The notes: a model not told the origin generated them from the letters alone. DNA of 64,000 nucleotides from IMGVR_UViG_3300008954_003475:157879-221878; one strand, 5' to 3'. Counted from the first letter of the stretch, positions 20,177-30,508 are shown. Translations and numbers: made by a program.

Positions 20177-21319
20177 CTACCGATTTTTTTGTTCAATAAC
20201 TACTTTCTTTCCATACGGAAACTCTACATCCTTATCTTGGTCACAGACTGCCCACAAGACTCTTGTTTTAGGTCTATCTGGAAACGGAGCGTAACCATCT
20301 GTAAATACAACCAGACCGTCATACTTCTTTTCGTCTGCTAACTCAATCACAGGATGAAAGCAAGTCCCGCCTCGACCCTTTATATCAATCTTTCTTGCTT
20401 TCTTACCGAAAGGTTCAGGGTCGCCATAGATTTGAGTATCGAACTGAACAAAGTCCACTTTTACATGGTCAATCATTCCATTTAACTCAGTAGCAAAATA
20501 CTCAAGCTGTGTATCAGATACAGAACCTGATGTATCGAAGGCCACTAGCAGCTTGCTAGTATAGTTTCTCTTTGTGCCTGGAGAGGCAATACCATAGCGC
20601 CTATTAGGACGCATACGGGTATGCTTCCGACCCATAAGAATCAACTTATTAATAAACCATCTAACTTCCTTTTTCCAATTAACAATTGGCTTATTAGCGG
20701 CAATAATCTGTGCAGCAAGGTTTCCGGCAATATTGCCCCAGCCCTTCTTCTCCTGCTCTTTAATCGCCTTTTCTGCAATGTTTCTAATCTTTTCTTCTAC
20801 AATATCATCATCGAATTCATCCCACATAGAATGGTCGTCAACAGTATCTCCTTTGCCCTCAATAAGAGTATCGAAGTCTTTGCCTTCGCCTTCACACTCT
20901 TTCTTCAACTTCTCGTAATACCATTCCGAAGATTGATTAGACTCCAAGTTGAACTGATGCGGATACAAAGCACCTTCTGGAAGGCCCTCAATATGACAAT
21001 TGATAGCACAGTCAGCTGCAATATTGTATCCTCGCGGATTATATGCAAAGTGCTTTGCGCGTGTAAGATGATGAAGCAAAATATGCAAAGCCTCATGCTT
21101 CAATACACTACGCAACTCTGTTGGAGACAGAGTGTCAATAAAGTCTGGATTATAATACAAGGCTAAGTCAACCCTGCGAATAACTCCAACCGCCAAAGTC
21201 GGAACCTTCTTTGTTTCCTTTTTATTCAAATGGAGGAAAACCTCTCCATACAAAGGCTGGAATGTTACGAGTTTAGAAATCGCTGATTCTAGCCTATTTT
21301 TCACTTGGGTATTAGCCAT
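20177..21319 (-). CDS. DUF2201-type metallopeptidase-like + VWA domain protein
   Basis: LKHEALHILLHH (HExxH), NIAADCAIN, DDHSMW, FDTSGS MIDAS, GRGGT, VFTDG. Confidence 0.88.
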   Translation of the reverse strand: MANTQVKNRLESAISKLVTFQPLYGEVFLHLNKKETKKVPTLAVGVIRRVDLALYYNPDFIDTLSPTELRSVLKHEALHILLHHLTRAKHFAYNPRGYNIAADCAINCHIEGLPEGALYPHQFNLESNQSSEWYYEKLKKECEGEGKDFDTLIEGKGDTVDDHSMWDEFDDDIVEEKIRNIAEKAIKEQEKKGWGNIAGNLAAQIIAANKPIVNWKKEVRWFINKLILMGRKHTRMRPNRRYGIASPGTKRNYTSKLLVAFDTSGSVSDTQLEYFATELNGMIDHVKVDFVQFDTQIYGDPEPFGKKARKIDIKGRGGTCFHPVIELADEKKYDGLVVFTDGYAPFPDRPKTRVLWAVCDQDKDVEFPYGKKVVIEQKNR

Positions 21320-21385
21320 AATATCCTCCTAAAGACTTGAGACACCTGATTCCCTGTGCCTCCCTGTGGGGATGAAGTTTTGTGC

Positions 21386-22462
21386 TTAAGAAGAAAGGTA
21401 AATCTTCTTCAAGTGCTCACGGAAATCTTCATCATTCTGCCATTCCATAACAATCTTCTTGCTCTTTTGACCGCCAAGAAGTCCGACCCAAGCCTGCGAT
21501 GCAACATCACAAGGAAGCATCATAAAGAATTCTCTCAAATTCTTCCGCTGCTTTTCCTTAGTCTTAGTCAAAGACCGTTCGTTAACCTCTGCAACAACAG
21601 AGCGAGAAAGAGCCGCGACAACCTCAATGTCATTACATGCGGCTTCAACCTTATCCTTCACCTTCTCAAAGCTGTCAAGAATATCGGAAGGACGCAGTTG
21701 AGAGAATTCGTTAGTCAGAAACTTCTGAAACATAACAGCAATCTCTCTGCCTACCCAACCCTTTGTAACCTGAGTTAGCATACCATCATCAGTCCGCGAG
21801 TCAAGCCCCATTCCAATAAGAGTATCACTGAAGGCAACCCAACTTCTACGAGAAGGATAAATCCTTCCTGCTTCGAGGTTTCCAACAGGAGGGTCTAGCA
21901 GGTTTTGATTGCGGTTAATAAACTCTACCACAGCCTCATGCACATCGGTTGCTCTGGCCCATTCCATCCACTCATTAGCAGAAGGGTCAAAGTCAATATG
22001 AAACCACCTATCATGCAAAGCTGGGTCTAGCTCAACAACATCGTAATCATCATCGGAGTTAACCGCAGCTACAACGCGCCAACCATCCGGCAGCCTTTCT
22101 CCGTCCAAACGTCGGTCTAGACAGATTTCGAACACAGCTTGCAGTACATCCTTTGATGCTCGATTCAATTCATCAAAGAACAAGATTCCTTGACTACCCT
22201 GTGCCCGAGGCCACCACTCTTGCTTAAGAAAGCGAGTAATGTTTTCTTTAGCATCGAGATATGGCATACCCTTAATGTCGCCAACCTCACACTGTGAAAG
22301 GCGAACGTCCCAAAAACCACAAGGCTTTCCGCTCGCTTCCTCAATTTCTTCTGCAACCTGACGAACAACAGAGGACTTGCCAACACCATGCTTCGCATGA
22401 AGCATGATAGACTTATCCATCGGCATTGTTTTCAGAATTTCCTTAGTCTGATCAATATTCAT
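21386..22462 (-). CDS. MoxR-like AAA+ ATPase
   Basis: HGVGKS, DVRLSQ, LFFDELNRA, DPALHDRW, PSRRSW; upstream of a VWA partner. Confidence 0.88.
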   Translation of the reverse strand: MNIDQTKEILKTMPMDKSIMLHAKHGVGKSSVVRQVAEEIEEASGKPCGFWDVRLSQCEVGDIKGMPYLDAKENITRFLKQEWWPRAQGSQGILFFDELNRASKDVLQAVFEICLDRRLDGERLPDGWRVVAAVNSDDDYDVVELDPALHDRWFHIDFDPSANEWMEWARATDVHEAVVEFINRNQNLLDPPVGNLEAGRIYPSRRSWVAFSDTLIGMGLDSRTDDGMLTQVTKGWVGREIAVMFQKFLTNEFSQLRPSDILDSFEKVKDKVEAACNDIEVVAALSRSVVAEVNERSLTKTKEKQRKNLREFFMMLPCDVASQAWVGLLGGQKSKKIVMEWQNDEDFREHLKKIYLSS

Positions 22463-22555
22463 TTTTTCTCCTTTTCAATAAGAAAGCAACTTTATGGAGA
22501 ATTATCCCCACACCAATCCATAGTTGATGTAAAATCATAATTAAAAAATATTACC

Positions 22556-22921
22556 TCACCCTTCATCTGAGATATTAGATGATTCATCTGGAAGATCTGA
22601 TATAGCTTCTTTGATACCAGTTAATCTTTCCTTAAAGTTTTTCAGAGATCCAACCAACTCTTGCAAGGAGTCTGCGTCATACCCTGCCGTATCTGTTGCA
22701 TCTGTTGCACCTGACACACCCCCTGTCATTTGTGGTGTTAGAAAGGTGGACAACGTATCCTTTATAGAGCTAAGACCATCTGCACCAAACAAACCATCTT
22801 CGCCATCCATCAAGCTATCAGCAAAGCTTGTAGCTTCTTCAAACCTCGTCTCTATATTGGACAGCCTTTCTTCAATTGAAGAAAGTTTATCTAAAACTTC
22901 TTTTTGAAATGTCTTTGACAT
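22556..22921 (-). CDS. Hypothetical coiled-coil protein
   Basis: 121-aa ORF with GGAG RBS. Confidence 0.65.
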   Translation of the reverse strand: MSKTFQKEVLDKLSSIEERLSNIETRFEEATSFADSLMDGEDGLFGADGLSSIKDTLSTFLTPQMTGGVSGATDATDTAGYDADSLQELVGSLKNFKERLTGIKEAISDLPDESSNISDEG

Positions 22922-22932
22922 ATTATATACTC

Positions 22933-24033
22933 CTATTTCTTTGTTCCAAAAGCATGTGATTCCTCTAACGCAGAAGGCGTCAATCTTACGAAAAGAGAAT
23001 TCTCTCTTAAACTATTTATACTTAATGCGTTTGCATAAGTCATGGCCGACCTTAGCCCTCCGCAAAACTCTTCTAATATATAGTAAGCCTTGCCTTTCAA
23101 TGGAACATATGTCGAAACACCCTCTGCGCAGGTCCCCGGTCTTAACCCGCCTCTTCTGTCATCTTGAACTTCTTTAGACGCCATTCCTCGATATACTTTC
23201 ATACTCTTTCCTTCTATGACAGCAATCTCTCCCGGTGACTCTAATGTTCCCGCAAAAATCCTACCAGCCATTACCGCATCTGCTCCGGCAGCAATGCTCT
23301 TAACTAAGTCTGCTGGATACCTTATTCCTCCATCTGCAATAATAGATACATTAGAAAGATTAGAGTCTGCCAATTTAGCCTTATAGCAATCCACAACAGA
23401 TGCCAAGGTAGGGATGCCAACGCCAGTCATAATTCTTGTCTTACAAATAGAGCCACCACCGATGCCCACTCTTATCGCATCTGCCCCGGCATTGGCAAGA
23501 AAACGAAAGCCCTCCCCTGTGGCAACATTCCCAACCAACAGTGGCAACTCTCCATTGGTTTCCTGCTTAATCCAATCAATCATATCTCTCATTATAGAAG
23601 AATAACCATTAGCTACGTCTATAGCGATCCAATCTATATCTTTCATAAACAAATTATAAAGAGTTCTAAATCTTTGCTTTTCTTCCTTGCCTATCCCAAT
23701 GGCTATAGCAACCGGAGAATAACCATCATCCGTATTCGTATTGTTATATTCAACTATATGCTTTAGTTCTCCAGCTTGTTCCGAAGGAGACATAAATCTG
23801 TGAACAATGCCCATAGCGCCTCGCCTACCGAGAGACAGGGCCATTTCAGAGCCTGTAACAGTATCCATTGGAGAGGATATTATCGGAACATTCAAAGTGA
23901 ATGGACCTAATTTAGATGCCAAATTCGGATCAAGCCTAGACTTTACTGTTGAGTATCTAGGAACCAACATTACATCATCAAAGGATGGCGGCTCTCCAGA
24001 TTCATTTAAAGATAAGGGTGTCCATGTTTTCAT
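22933..24033 (-). CDS. IMPDH/GMP reductase family protein (no CBS domains; flap resembles GMP reductase)
   Basis: [46 protein letters not shown]...[11 protein letters not shown]. Confidence 0.9.
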   Translation of the reverse strand: MKTWTPLSLNESGEPPSFDDVMLVPRYSTVKSRLDPNLASKLGPFTLNVPIISSPMDTVTGSEMALSLGRRGAMGIVHRFMSPSEQAGELKHIVEYNNTNTDDGYSPVAIAIGIGKEEKQRFRTLYNLFMKDIDWIAIDVANGYSSIMRDMIDWIKQETNGELPLLVGNVATGEGFRFLANAGADAIRVGIGGGSICKTRIMTGVGIPTLASVVDCYKAKLADSNLSNVSIIADGGIRYPADLVKSIAAGADAVMAGRIFAGTLESPGEIAVIEGKSMKVYRGMASKEVQDDRRGGLRPGTCAEGVSTYVPLKGKAYYILEEFCGGLRSAMTYANALSINSLRENSLFVRLTPSALEESHAFGTKK

Positions 24034-24653
24034 CGTTGTGCCTCATAATATTCTTGAAATGCATCGGCAAAATCTTCTGTATCAGAAGGCCAATATCTAG
24101 CTATACACATCCTGTCCCACCAGTAATGGGACATTTCATGAGCAAGTAATGCATCATTAATGTCGGAGTTTATATTTGCCACTAATAAAACCGAATTCTT
24201 TTCAATTTCCAACGTAGAATCGTAATACCCCCAAAGAACTGTGCTTTTTATACCAGACTCTACAAAGTAATCCGAAAATCTGCCTCTATCATAAAGCACA
24301 CTTCTATCTACAACAAAGATATGTATATTATAATTCTCTCTACAATCTCTATATGGAATATCTTTTGCTCTAAGAAATTGTTTCAATACAGTCCAAGAGT
24401 CTTTCATAATATACTTTACATGCTGCGGACTATGATGAACATACAAAGATTTATCAACACCTCTATCGGAAGCTTGATAAGACAATGTAAACTCAACACT
24501 CCTATCTGACAACTGTATATCACCACTCTCTTGTTCTACAGTTTGTATGTCAGATAGAAAACTCGGCTTGTATGCATCAGCATAACAAAGGGTTGGAATT
24601 ATTAATGTAGCTAATAAATAACTAGCGCTCTTTAATCTTGAAGTTACGTTCAT
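24030..24653 (-). CDS. Secreted putative zinc metallopeptidase
   Basis: N-terminal signal-like hydrophobic stretch; LLAHEMSHYW (HExxH) and downstream EDFA. Confidence 0.55.
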   Translation of the reverse strand: MNVTSRLKSASYLLATLIIPTLCYADAYKPSFLSDIQTVEQESGDIQLSDRSVEFTLSYQASDRGVDKSLYVHHSPQHVKYIMKDSWTVLKQFLRAKDIPYRDCRENYNIHIFVVDRSVLYDRGRFSDYFVESGIKSTVLWGYYDSTLEIEKNSVLLVANINSDINDALLAHEMSHYWWDRMCIARYWPSDTEDFADAFQEYYEAQR

Positions 24654-24813
24654 TTGAGGTTCCTCTGGATTGACCAAGAACCTCAATCTTCAAGTTCTTG
24701 TTCATCCTAAGCATTTCTACATGCTCTAAGGGAACCCTTCCATGCAAGTAAACAGCCTTGGTATCAAGGTTGGTTACTCTAATCCTTAAGTTAATATATT
24801 TATCTTTATTCAT
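24622..24813 (-). CDS. Small basic hypothetical protein
   Basis: 63-aa ORF tiling between neighbours. Confidence 0.5.
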   Translation of the reverse strand: MNKDKYINLRIRVTNLDTKAVYLHGRVPLEHVEMLRMNKNLKIEVLGQSRGTSNERNFKIKER

Positions 24814-24821
24814 AAAATCAC

Positions 24822-25736
24822 CTATTCACTGCTATCAACCATGCTCTGCAATCTGTTCGCAAGATAATAATGTCCAGAAGCAGAAGGCATCAGCCAAGGA
24901 AGATTGTCCTTAGAGAGACAGTCTAGTAGATTGGACACGACCTCTCTGTCTGTACAATCTACAAACAACATAACCTTCCTTTCCAATGCGTCAACCTCTT
25001 TCTGAACAAAAGCTGCCAAAGCTACAGATTCTCTCTTCGTATCCCGCTCAAGCCTTTTAACTCTGTACTTTTTATCTGAAATTTCTCTAGAGAACTTATT
25101 AGTTATACTCCTTTTGATATTCTTGGGAGAAGACTTTGCAATCTTCTTTAAAAGATTATCTGAAAGAGCACTATTATCAAAAGCACTCTCTAAAATATGA
25201 AGCTTTGTATTGACAGCGCCCTTTTCGCGCTTCACCTTGCTCCATACATAATCATAAAAAGCAGAGTCTGTTGAGCTACACATACCTGCATGATGCCAAA
25301 TCATATACAGTTTGTGCTTATCTTCTTCCAAAGCAAACTTGCACATTTCCGATAAATAGTCAAAGTTTTTATCGACCTGTGGAAGCAGTCTGACTCTAAG
25401 ACGATTATCTTCTTCATCCTCATTAACCTTAATAAGGCTATACATATCTGTAACAAACTTTAAGCAAAAGTCCTGTGTCAAAGACTCAATCCTTGTAGTT
25501 GAATTGCAGACTCTCTCTGCTATGTTTAGCAACTCGTCTCTTGTGTCTGGATAATTCTTCCAAATAAATCCAAACGTAGCGTTTGTAATAATCTTTTCTG
25601 CATCCTTACTTTTCCAGTAGGAATCAATATCGTTAATCGCATTTGGAATAGCATAGTTCATCACCGTTGTGATGAAATCATCATTAACATCAAACTTGCT
25701 ATCAAAGGTTACTTGTTTAAATACTTTATTAGACAT
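24822..25736 (-). CDS. Helical-repeat hypothetical protein (paralog family A)
   Basis: C-terminal FVDCTDREVVSNLLDCLSKDNLPWLM aligns with 39558-40436. Confidence 0.7.
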   Translation of the reverse strand: MSNKVFKQVTFDSKFDVNDDFITTVMNYAIPNAINDIDSYWKSKDAEKIITNATFGFIWKNYPDTRDELLNIAERVCNSTTRIESLTQDFCLKFVTDMYSLIKVNEDEEDNRLRVRLLPQVDKNFDYLSEMCKFALEEDKHKLYMIWHHAGMCSSTDSAFYDYVWSKVKREKGAVNTKLHILESAFDNSALSDNLLKKIAKSSPKNIKRSITNKFSREISDKKYRVKRLERDTKRESVALAAFVQKEVDALERKVMLFVDCTDREVVSNLLDCLSKDNLPWLMPSASGHYYLANRLQSMVDSSE

Positions 25737-25744
25737 ATTGTCTC

Positions 25745-26476
25745 CTATCGTCCAGCGGTGATTCTTCGTTCAAATTGACGAGAAATCCAGTTATTTTTAA
25801 CATTTCTATTTGCAACAAGCATTGGCAAATAATCAAGAGGAATCTTCTCTAACAACAAAGAGAATGGCCCTCGGGCAATTTCTTTTGTGAATCCCTTTAG
25901 CTTGCTGTAATAATAAGGCGCTCTTGCAAGACCTTCGTATCTAATGTCTGCAATCTTATCGTCTAACATTTCATCTAGACACTCAACGGGGCCTAACCTA
26001 TTGTAGTAAATCTTTCTAACCTTCTTACACTTATGCCCCTTCAACTTTCTAAGAGCTTTAATGCTACAAAAGGTTACAGCCATCACCTGACTATCGCCAC
26101 TTCCATTTATTGCAACTTCATCAATAAGTGAAATATCTGTATAAAGACCCTTTTGTATTACCAAGGACTTTGCCAAGTCTACATCAGATTCCTTTAGAAT
26201 CTTATCCCCTATCTCTACATGCATTGGAAGCATGTAGGCTAGAACCTTTTGAGCCATCCAATAACCACGATTCCAACTTCTAGTGCGATCTGAGTCTGCA
26301 AAGACAATCTCAAAAAGATTTGAATCTAAACAAACTTTTTCTAAGTCACTCTTTTTCACAGAAGAGCAAACAGCTTGCATCTTCTCATCCAAATCTGACC
26401 ATGAAGCTGACGCAGAAAGCTCTTCAAGATCATTAGCAAGTTTCTTCAAACTAGGACTCATTTTTGTTTGACTCAT
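25745..26476 (-). CDS. HEAT/LRV-like repeat hypothetical protein (paralog family A)
   Basis: KKVRKIYYNRLGPVECLDEMLDDKIADIRYEGL aligns with 45482-46288. Confidence 0.7.
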   Translation of the reverse strand: MSQTKMSPSLKKLANDLEELSASASWSDLDEKMQAVCSSVKKSDLEKVCLDSNLFEIVFADSDRTRSWNRGYWMAQKVLAYMLPMHVEIGDKILKESDVDLAKSLVIQKGLYTDISLIDEVAINGSGDSQVMAVTFCSIKALRKLKGHKCKKVRKIYYNRLGPVECLDEMLDDKIADIRYEGLARAPYYYSKLKGFTKEIARGPFSLLLEKIPLDYLPMLVANRNVKNNWISRQFERRITAGR

Positions 26477-27308
26477 CAGTCACTCCAGTGTTTAATACAT
26501 TTAAATCAGCTACTCTAAAACCAGATGCATTCTTGTGTCCACCGCCACCAAACTCAGCAGCAATCACAGATACATCATCACCATCTTCTTTCGACCTAAG
26601 CGAAAACCTATAACTCTCTCCATCATAATAATACGCAGCAGCAAAAGGCTCTCCGTCTGCTAACTCTGATGCCATTTCTGATTGAAAAAATGGAGCGTTA
26701 ACAATGGGAACTTCTTTGCCTAAAATATTTGTTCTATAAGAATTTAACAAAAGAGATCTAATCAAGTTTCTCTTGTACTGCAAGATTCCTTCTCCCATAT
26801 TCTTTACGCGTTTCCATCTAATAGATTCTGCTGCATCTAAATAACTATGTAGCATATCCCAATTATCAAATGTTTTCTCGAAAGAATCTACGGCAGACAG
26901 CACTTCTTCTGTAAATGGAAGTTCCCACTTCCACAAGTCTCTATCTTCAACATACTGAATAAGGAGAGGAACATTATCATCTGGAAACAAATAATCCCAA
27001 GCCAAATATGCTCCAGAATGATTCATATCAAAATAACAAAACTCTAAATCTCCCGAATGTTCTTGAGCCGACTTATGATGATCTAACACAACAAGGCTGC
27101 TAGCCTCTTGTTCCATTTCCAGCATTATAGCCCTATCATATGAAAAGTCAACAATAAATACATCACGATCTTTAACGCAAGGTCTTTCCTCGCCATGAGT
27201 AACAGGGATATATTCAGCACTCGCTCCAAACTTTCGCCTAAAAGCCCATGCTGCACCGAATCCATCGGGACAATTAGCATGGTATAAAACCATTATTTTA
27301 TCTGACAT
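26451..27308 (-). CDS. DHH/DHHA1-family phosphoesterase
   Basis: YHANCPDG, VDFS, LDHHKS, EDRDLW, FSLRS, GGGGHKNASGF. Confidence 0.9.
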   Translation of the reverse strand: MSDKIMVLYHANCPDGFGAAWAFRRKFGASAEYIPVTHGEERPCVKDRDVFIVDFSYDRAIMLEMEQEASSLVVLDHHKSAQEHSGDLEFCYFDMNHSGAYLAWDYLFPDDNVPLLIQYVEDRDLWKWELPFTEEVLSAVDSFEKTFDNWDMLHSYLDAAESIRWKRVKNMGEGILQYKRNLIRSLLLNSYRTNILGKEVPIVNAPFFQSEMASELADGEPFAAAYYYDGESYRFSLRSKEDGDDVSVIAAEFGGGGHKNASGFRVADLNVLNTGVTDESNKNES

Positions 27309-28324
27309 TAAATTACCTCTGGTGAATACGAAAACTTAACATACTCTACAAGGGGTGAGTTGTTTCGTATTGTTGTTTCAACAAAGCTTATCATTTCGTC
27401 TAAGCTTAAGAACCTAACCAATCTTCCACCATAACTGAGCTTAAAATGCCCTAATTCATTTATTATATCACACTTACTTATAACAAGGTTTGTTGTCCCT
27501 GTTATGTTAACTGCTCTAATTAGCATATCCAGATTGAGCCAATTAACCTTTCTTCTTCTTCCGGTCGTGACTCCAAACTCTTGACCTAAATCTGTAAGAG
27601 CCTTTAACACAGGATCTTCAAGCAATCTATTTGGGAACCTTGGGTCCTCTCCGCTCTTTGTATCATAGATCTTTGCAACGCCCCAAACCTTATTAATCTT
27701 CTGAGTTGGAAAGCCTATGCTGCAAGCTCCATAAGGCAATGTGATACTTGATGTTACATAAGGATAAAGTCCATTATCAATATCAAGCCAAACACCTTGG
27801 GCTCCTTCACATAACAGATTGCCATTTAATTCTTCATTCCAAACAAAGTCTTTGTCTAAAACATCAACGGCAAGAGTTCCAACCCTTGCTGCTTTATCTG
27901 CATAACAAGGGGCTATGCCTCGACCTGTTGTGCCAAGCTTTGCTGCCAAATGTTCTTTATCAAAAGCTATATGTTCCTCTGTAACAATATGGCAATTTGG
28001 AGCCACCTTTACTAATGACGTATCAAAACCACTTTTTGATAAATAGTCAATCTCTTTATAAAAAGATTCTGGATTCAAAACACATCCTGGGCCTATAAGG
28101 GACTGAACTCCATGAAAAACTCCAGATGGAATCAAGTGAGTTTTGTACTTCTCTCCTTCTACGAATACGGTGTGTCCAGCATTATTTCCACCGCCCCAAC
28201 GGGCAACTATATCATAATAATTAGAACCATCTTCATTCTTTGTAGAAGCTAACTGACTGGTGACTTTTCCTTTAGATTCATCCCCCCAAGCTAGTCCTAC
28301 AACTATATCTGCTATATCAATCAT
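27308..28324 (-). CDS. purA: Adenylosuccinate synthetase (short form)
   Basis: GLAWGDESKGK, GGGNNAGHT, HLIPSG, EGAQG..LDID.G.YPYVTSS, EFGVTTGRRR. Confidence 0.93.
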   Translation of the reverse strand: MIDIADIVVGLAWGDESKGKVTSQLASTKNEDGSNYYDIVARWGGGNNAGHTVFVEGEKYKTHLIPSGVFHGVQSLIGPGCVLNPESFYKEIDYLSKSGFDTSLVKVAPNCHIVTEEHIAFDKEHLAAKLGTTGRGIAPCYADKAARVGTLAVDVLDKDFVWNEELNGNLLCEGAQGVWLDIDNGLYPYVTSSITLPYGACSIGFPTQKINKVWGVAKIYDTKSGEDPRFPNRLLEDPVLKALTDLGQEFGVTTGRRRKVNWLNLDMLIRAVNITGTTNLVISKCDIINELGHFKLSYGGRLVRFLSLDEMISFVETTIRNNSPLVEYVKFSYSPEVI

Positions 28325-28904
28325 CGCTATCCTCTTCGCTTCCATTAAGAATGTTTATAACCTTCTTAATTTTACTGGGACGGCGAAGAAAAGTAATACC
28401 CTCTTTATGAGTAGAAACAGTTGCTGTGAATGTAATCATTTCACCTACATTAAAGCTATGTGCCTTAGATGTTTTGAAATACCACTTCCAACCTCTTTCG
28501 TCAACACAGATGATAGCTGGCATAGGATATTCGGTATTCATCTTTGCTTCTGCAATCTTATAAATACCAAGCGGTCCAAGATCTAATCTTGCTCCAACCT
28601 CAACATCAGGCTCGTCTAACATGGTTGCTTTCACAATTGAGTCAACCCATCTATTGAGAGATCCAATCCACTTCTCAGTTAGTCTATGAGGATTTTCTGT
28701 AACAACAGAAATGCTTGATTTAAGAAACTCATTGTTTGGACTTTCTTGTAGCTTTACAGCAAGAAGGGGAATAACCATAGGGTTTAATTGCTCTAGGTTT
28801 TCTTGACCTACTCTGGCGGTATCAACCCCGCTCTTCTTGCGTCTATTGGTGGCAGACTTTCTGGACTTCTTTTTCTTTCGTCCATCACTAAAGATATTTA
28901 TCAT
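28317..28904 (-). CDS. Hypothetical phage protein with possible C-terminal OB-fold
   Basis: EFLKS...LTEKW helical motif; VGEMITFTATVSTHKEGITFLRRP. Confidence 0.6.
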   Translation of the reverse strand: MINIFSDGRKKKKSRKSATNRRKKSGVDTARVGQENLEQLNPMVIPLLAVKLQESPNNEFLKSSISVVTENPHRLTEKWIGSLNRWVDSIVKATMLDEPDVEVGARLDLGPLGIYKIAEAKMNTEYPMPAIICVDERGWKWYFKTSKAHSFNVGEMITFTATVSTHKEGITFLRRPSKIKKVINILNGSEEDSDD

Positions 28905-28977
28905 AAGAAAACCCCGCACCTATCTGGTACAGGGTATTCGATGAAAAAACTATATTAGTTTATTTTATGTATGTTGC

Positions 28978-30486
28978 TTATAGCCTACGACTTGTACGAC
29001 TTGGCGGATATCCTGCTGCGGCTCTTTCTCGCGGAGTCATTCTTCTCCACTCTCTTTTTTGCTCCCTAGTCATATTATCCCAGTCTCTTCTTTGACCTCT
29101 TCTTGCCTCTTCTCTAAGATATCGCCGTTGTCTACGAGTTGTAGTACCTGAATCTCTAAGGTTGTTATTCACAGCAGATCTCTCTCTATCTGAAAAAGAA
29201 CTTCTCTGCTCCGGAATAAGCTGGCGTCTATAAGTAATAGGGATCCACAGCTTTGCGTCTACTGCTGCATTTCCAATCGGAGGTTTCGGATCTGTTGTAT
29301 TTTTCTTTTTATTGGTAAAGAAAAATACAGGAATCATTCTATTCTCTGCTGTATCATGAAATGCCCCTACGGAGCCATCCCTATCTCCGTTTGTCTTACC
29401 TTTAATCTCCGCTGCAGGATAGCCTCTAAAGCTACCACTCTGTCCCGCTTGTCCTGTCTGCCCTGCGCCACCAGACTCAGGCGTAAAGGTTGAAAGGGCA
29501 ATGCTGAAAGCACTTCCTGTATTGTCGTTATCATAAGCTGTTCTGACAGCAGCTTTGTTTGCGCCTCTTCCCAATACTGCAGTTGCAGTTGCTTTATCTA
29601 GAGGAAGATCTAATCCTGTTCCGTCAAATAATTTCGTTCTGGCCTCAAGAGGAAAGGACTCTGTTGCGGGGAACATGAGATAGCTTTCAAGCATCCTATC
29701 TCCATCTGTACCCTGTATCCCTCCGGTGTCCAGCCTTCCTGATAACATCCGTAAAGCTTCTTCTGCTGTTTCCGGAAGAGCACCCTTATCTGCTTTGGCC
29801 CAAGCCTGTTTAGATTTAGGTCCAAAATACCCATCGGGTACCAAATCTTTATCGCTATCATCTTTATACCCAAGCTCTTTAAGCTTCTCCTGAACAGCCT
29901 CTGCTGCATCTGATTTAAACAGCTTACCATCTTTCTTAAAAGGAGTAGCGGCCTGTGCAGCTTGTTGCTGACCGCCTTGCTGATCGCCTTGCTGATCGCC
30001 TTGCTGATCGCCTTGCTCCGAACTTCTACTGCTTAAGTGATGCCAGTCTCCAGGCCCGTCAGTCTTTTCATAAACAGCAGATGCCGCCGTGGAGCTCCAA
30101 CTCCCTTTAGGTAACTTTTTCCAGTCATAAAAGGAACCGCCACGGTTTCCTGCATTTAAACCCATGTAAATCCATCCTGACGGACCACCTGTACCTCCAT
30201 ATGCCTCTGCTTTGGCTTTGTCCCATTTCTCAACATCACCTCTGGTTAAACTATTTTCTGTATCAATGGTTAAAAGCTGCATCTTACCGGCTTGATTTCC
30301 CGTGCCTGCCCATACTGCATGTAGCTTTCCATCGGCCCCTTGCTTTACATGATAACTGTTGGGTTCTGGATCATCTTGTATACCCTTAGTAACAGCAGTC
30401 TTTACAAGCCCCTTTACAATCCTTGCCTGAGACTTGTAGCCTAACTTATAAAGCTCTTTAGCCAATGTGTTTAATTCATTATTCAT
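28978..30486 (-). CDS. Tag-family putative virion/ejection protein with peptidoglycan-binding-like domain and Arg-rich tail
   Basis: N-terminal ELNTLAKELYKLG...LVKTA; VQEKLKELGY..VPDGYFGPKSKQAW; GTGLDLPLD domain; Arg-rich C-terminus. Confidence 0.7.
   Translation of the reverse strand: MNNELNTLAKELYKLGYKSQARIVKGLVKTAVTKGIQDDPEPNSYHVKQGADGKLHAVWAGTGNQAGKMQLLTIDTENSLTRGDVEKWDKAKAEAYGGTGGPSGWIYMGLNAGNRGGSFYDWKKLPKGSWSSTAASAVYEKTDGPGDWHHLSSRSSEQGDQQGDQQGDQQGGQQQAAQAATPFKKDGKLFKSDAAEAVQEKLKELGYKDDSDKDLVPDGYFGPKSKQAWAKADKGALPETAEEALRMLSGRLDTGGIQGTDGDRMLESYLMFPATESFPLEARTKLFDGTGLDLPLDKATATAVLGRGANKAAVRTAYDNDNTGSAFSIALSTFTPESGGAGQTGQAGQSGSFRGYPAAEIKGKTNGDRDGSVGAFHDTAENRMIPVFFFTNKKKNTTDPKPPIGNAAVDAKLWIPITYRRQLIPEQRSSFSDRERSAVNNNLRDSGTTTRRQRRYLREEARRGQRRDWDNMTREQKREWRRMTPRERAAAGYPPSRTSRRL
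29974..30017. repeat. 12-bp tandem repeat encoding QQGD
   Basis: GCCTTGCTGATC x3 plus a partial copy. Confidence 0.85.
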
Positions 30487-30508
30487 TATTTATATCACCC
30501 TATTGATT

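Noticed and set aside
20621-21778. Plus-strand ORFs of 181 and 140 aa
   Set aside because: Lie antisense to the motif-bearing VWA and MoxR genes
27308-28324. Possible PurZ (2-aminoadenine, Z-genome) gene
   Set aside because: Retains the PurA catalytic Asp (GDESKGK) rather than the PurZ Ser-type motif; no DatZ or MazZ recognised nearby
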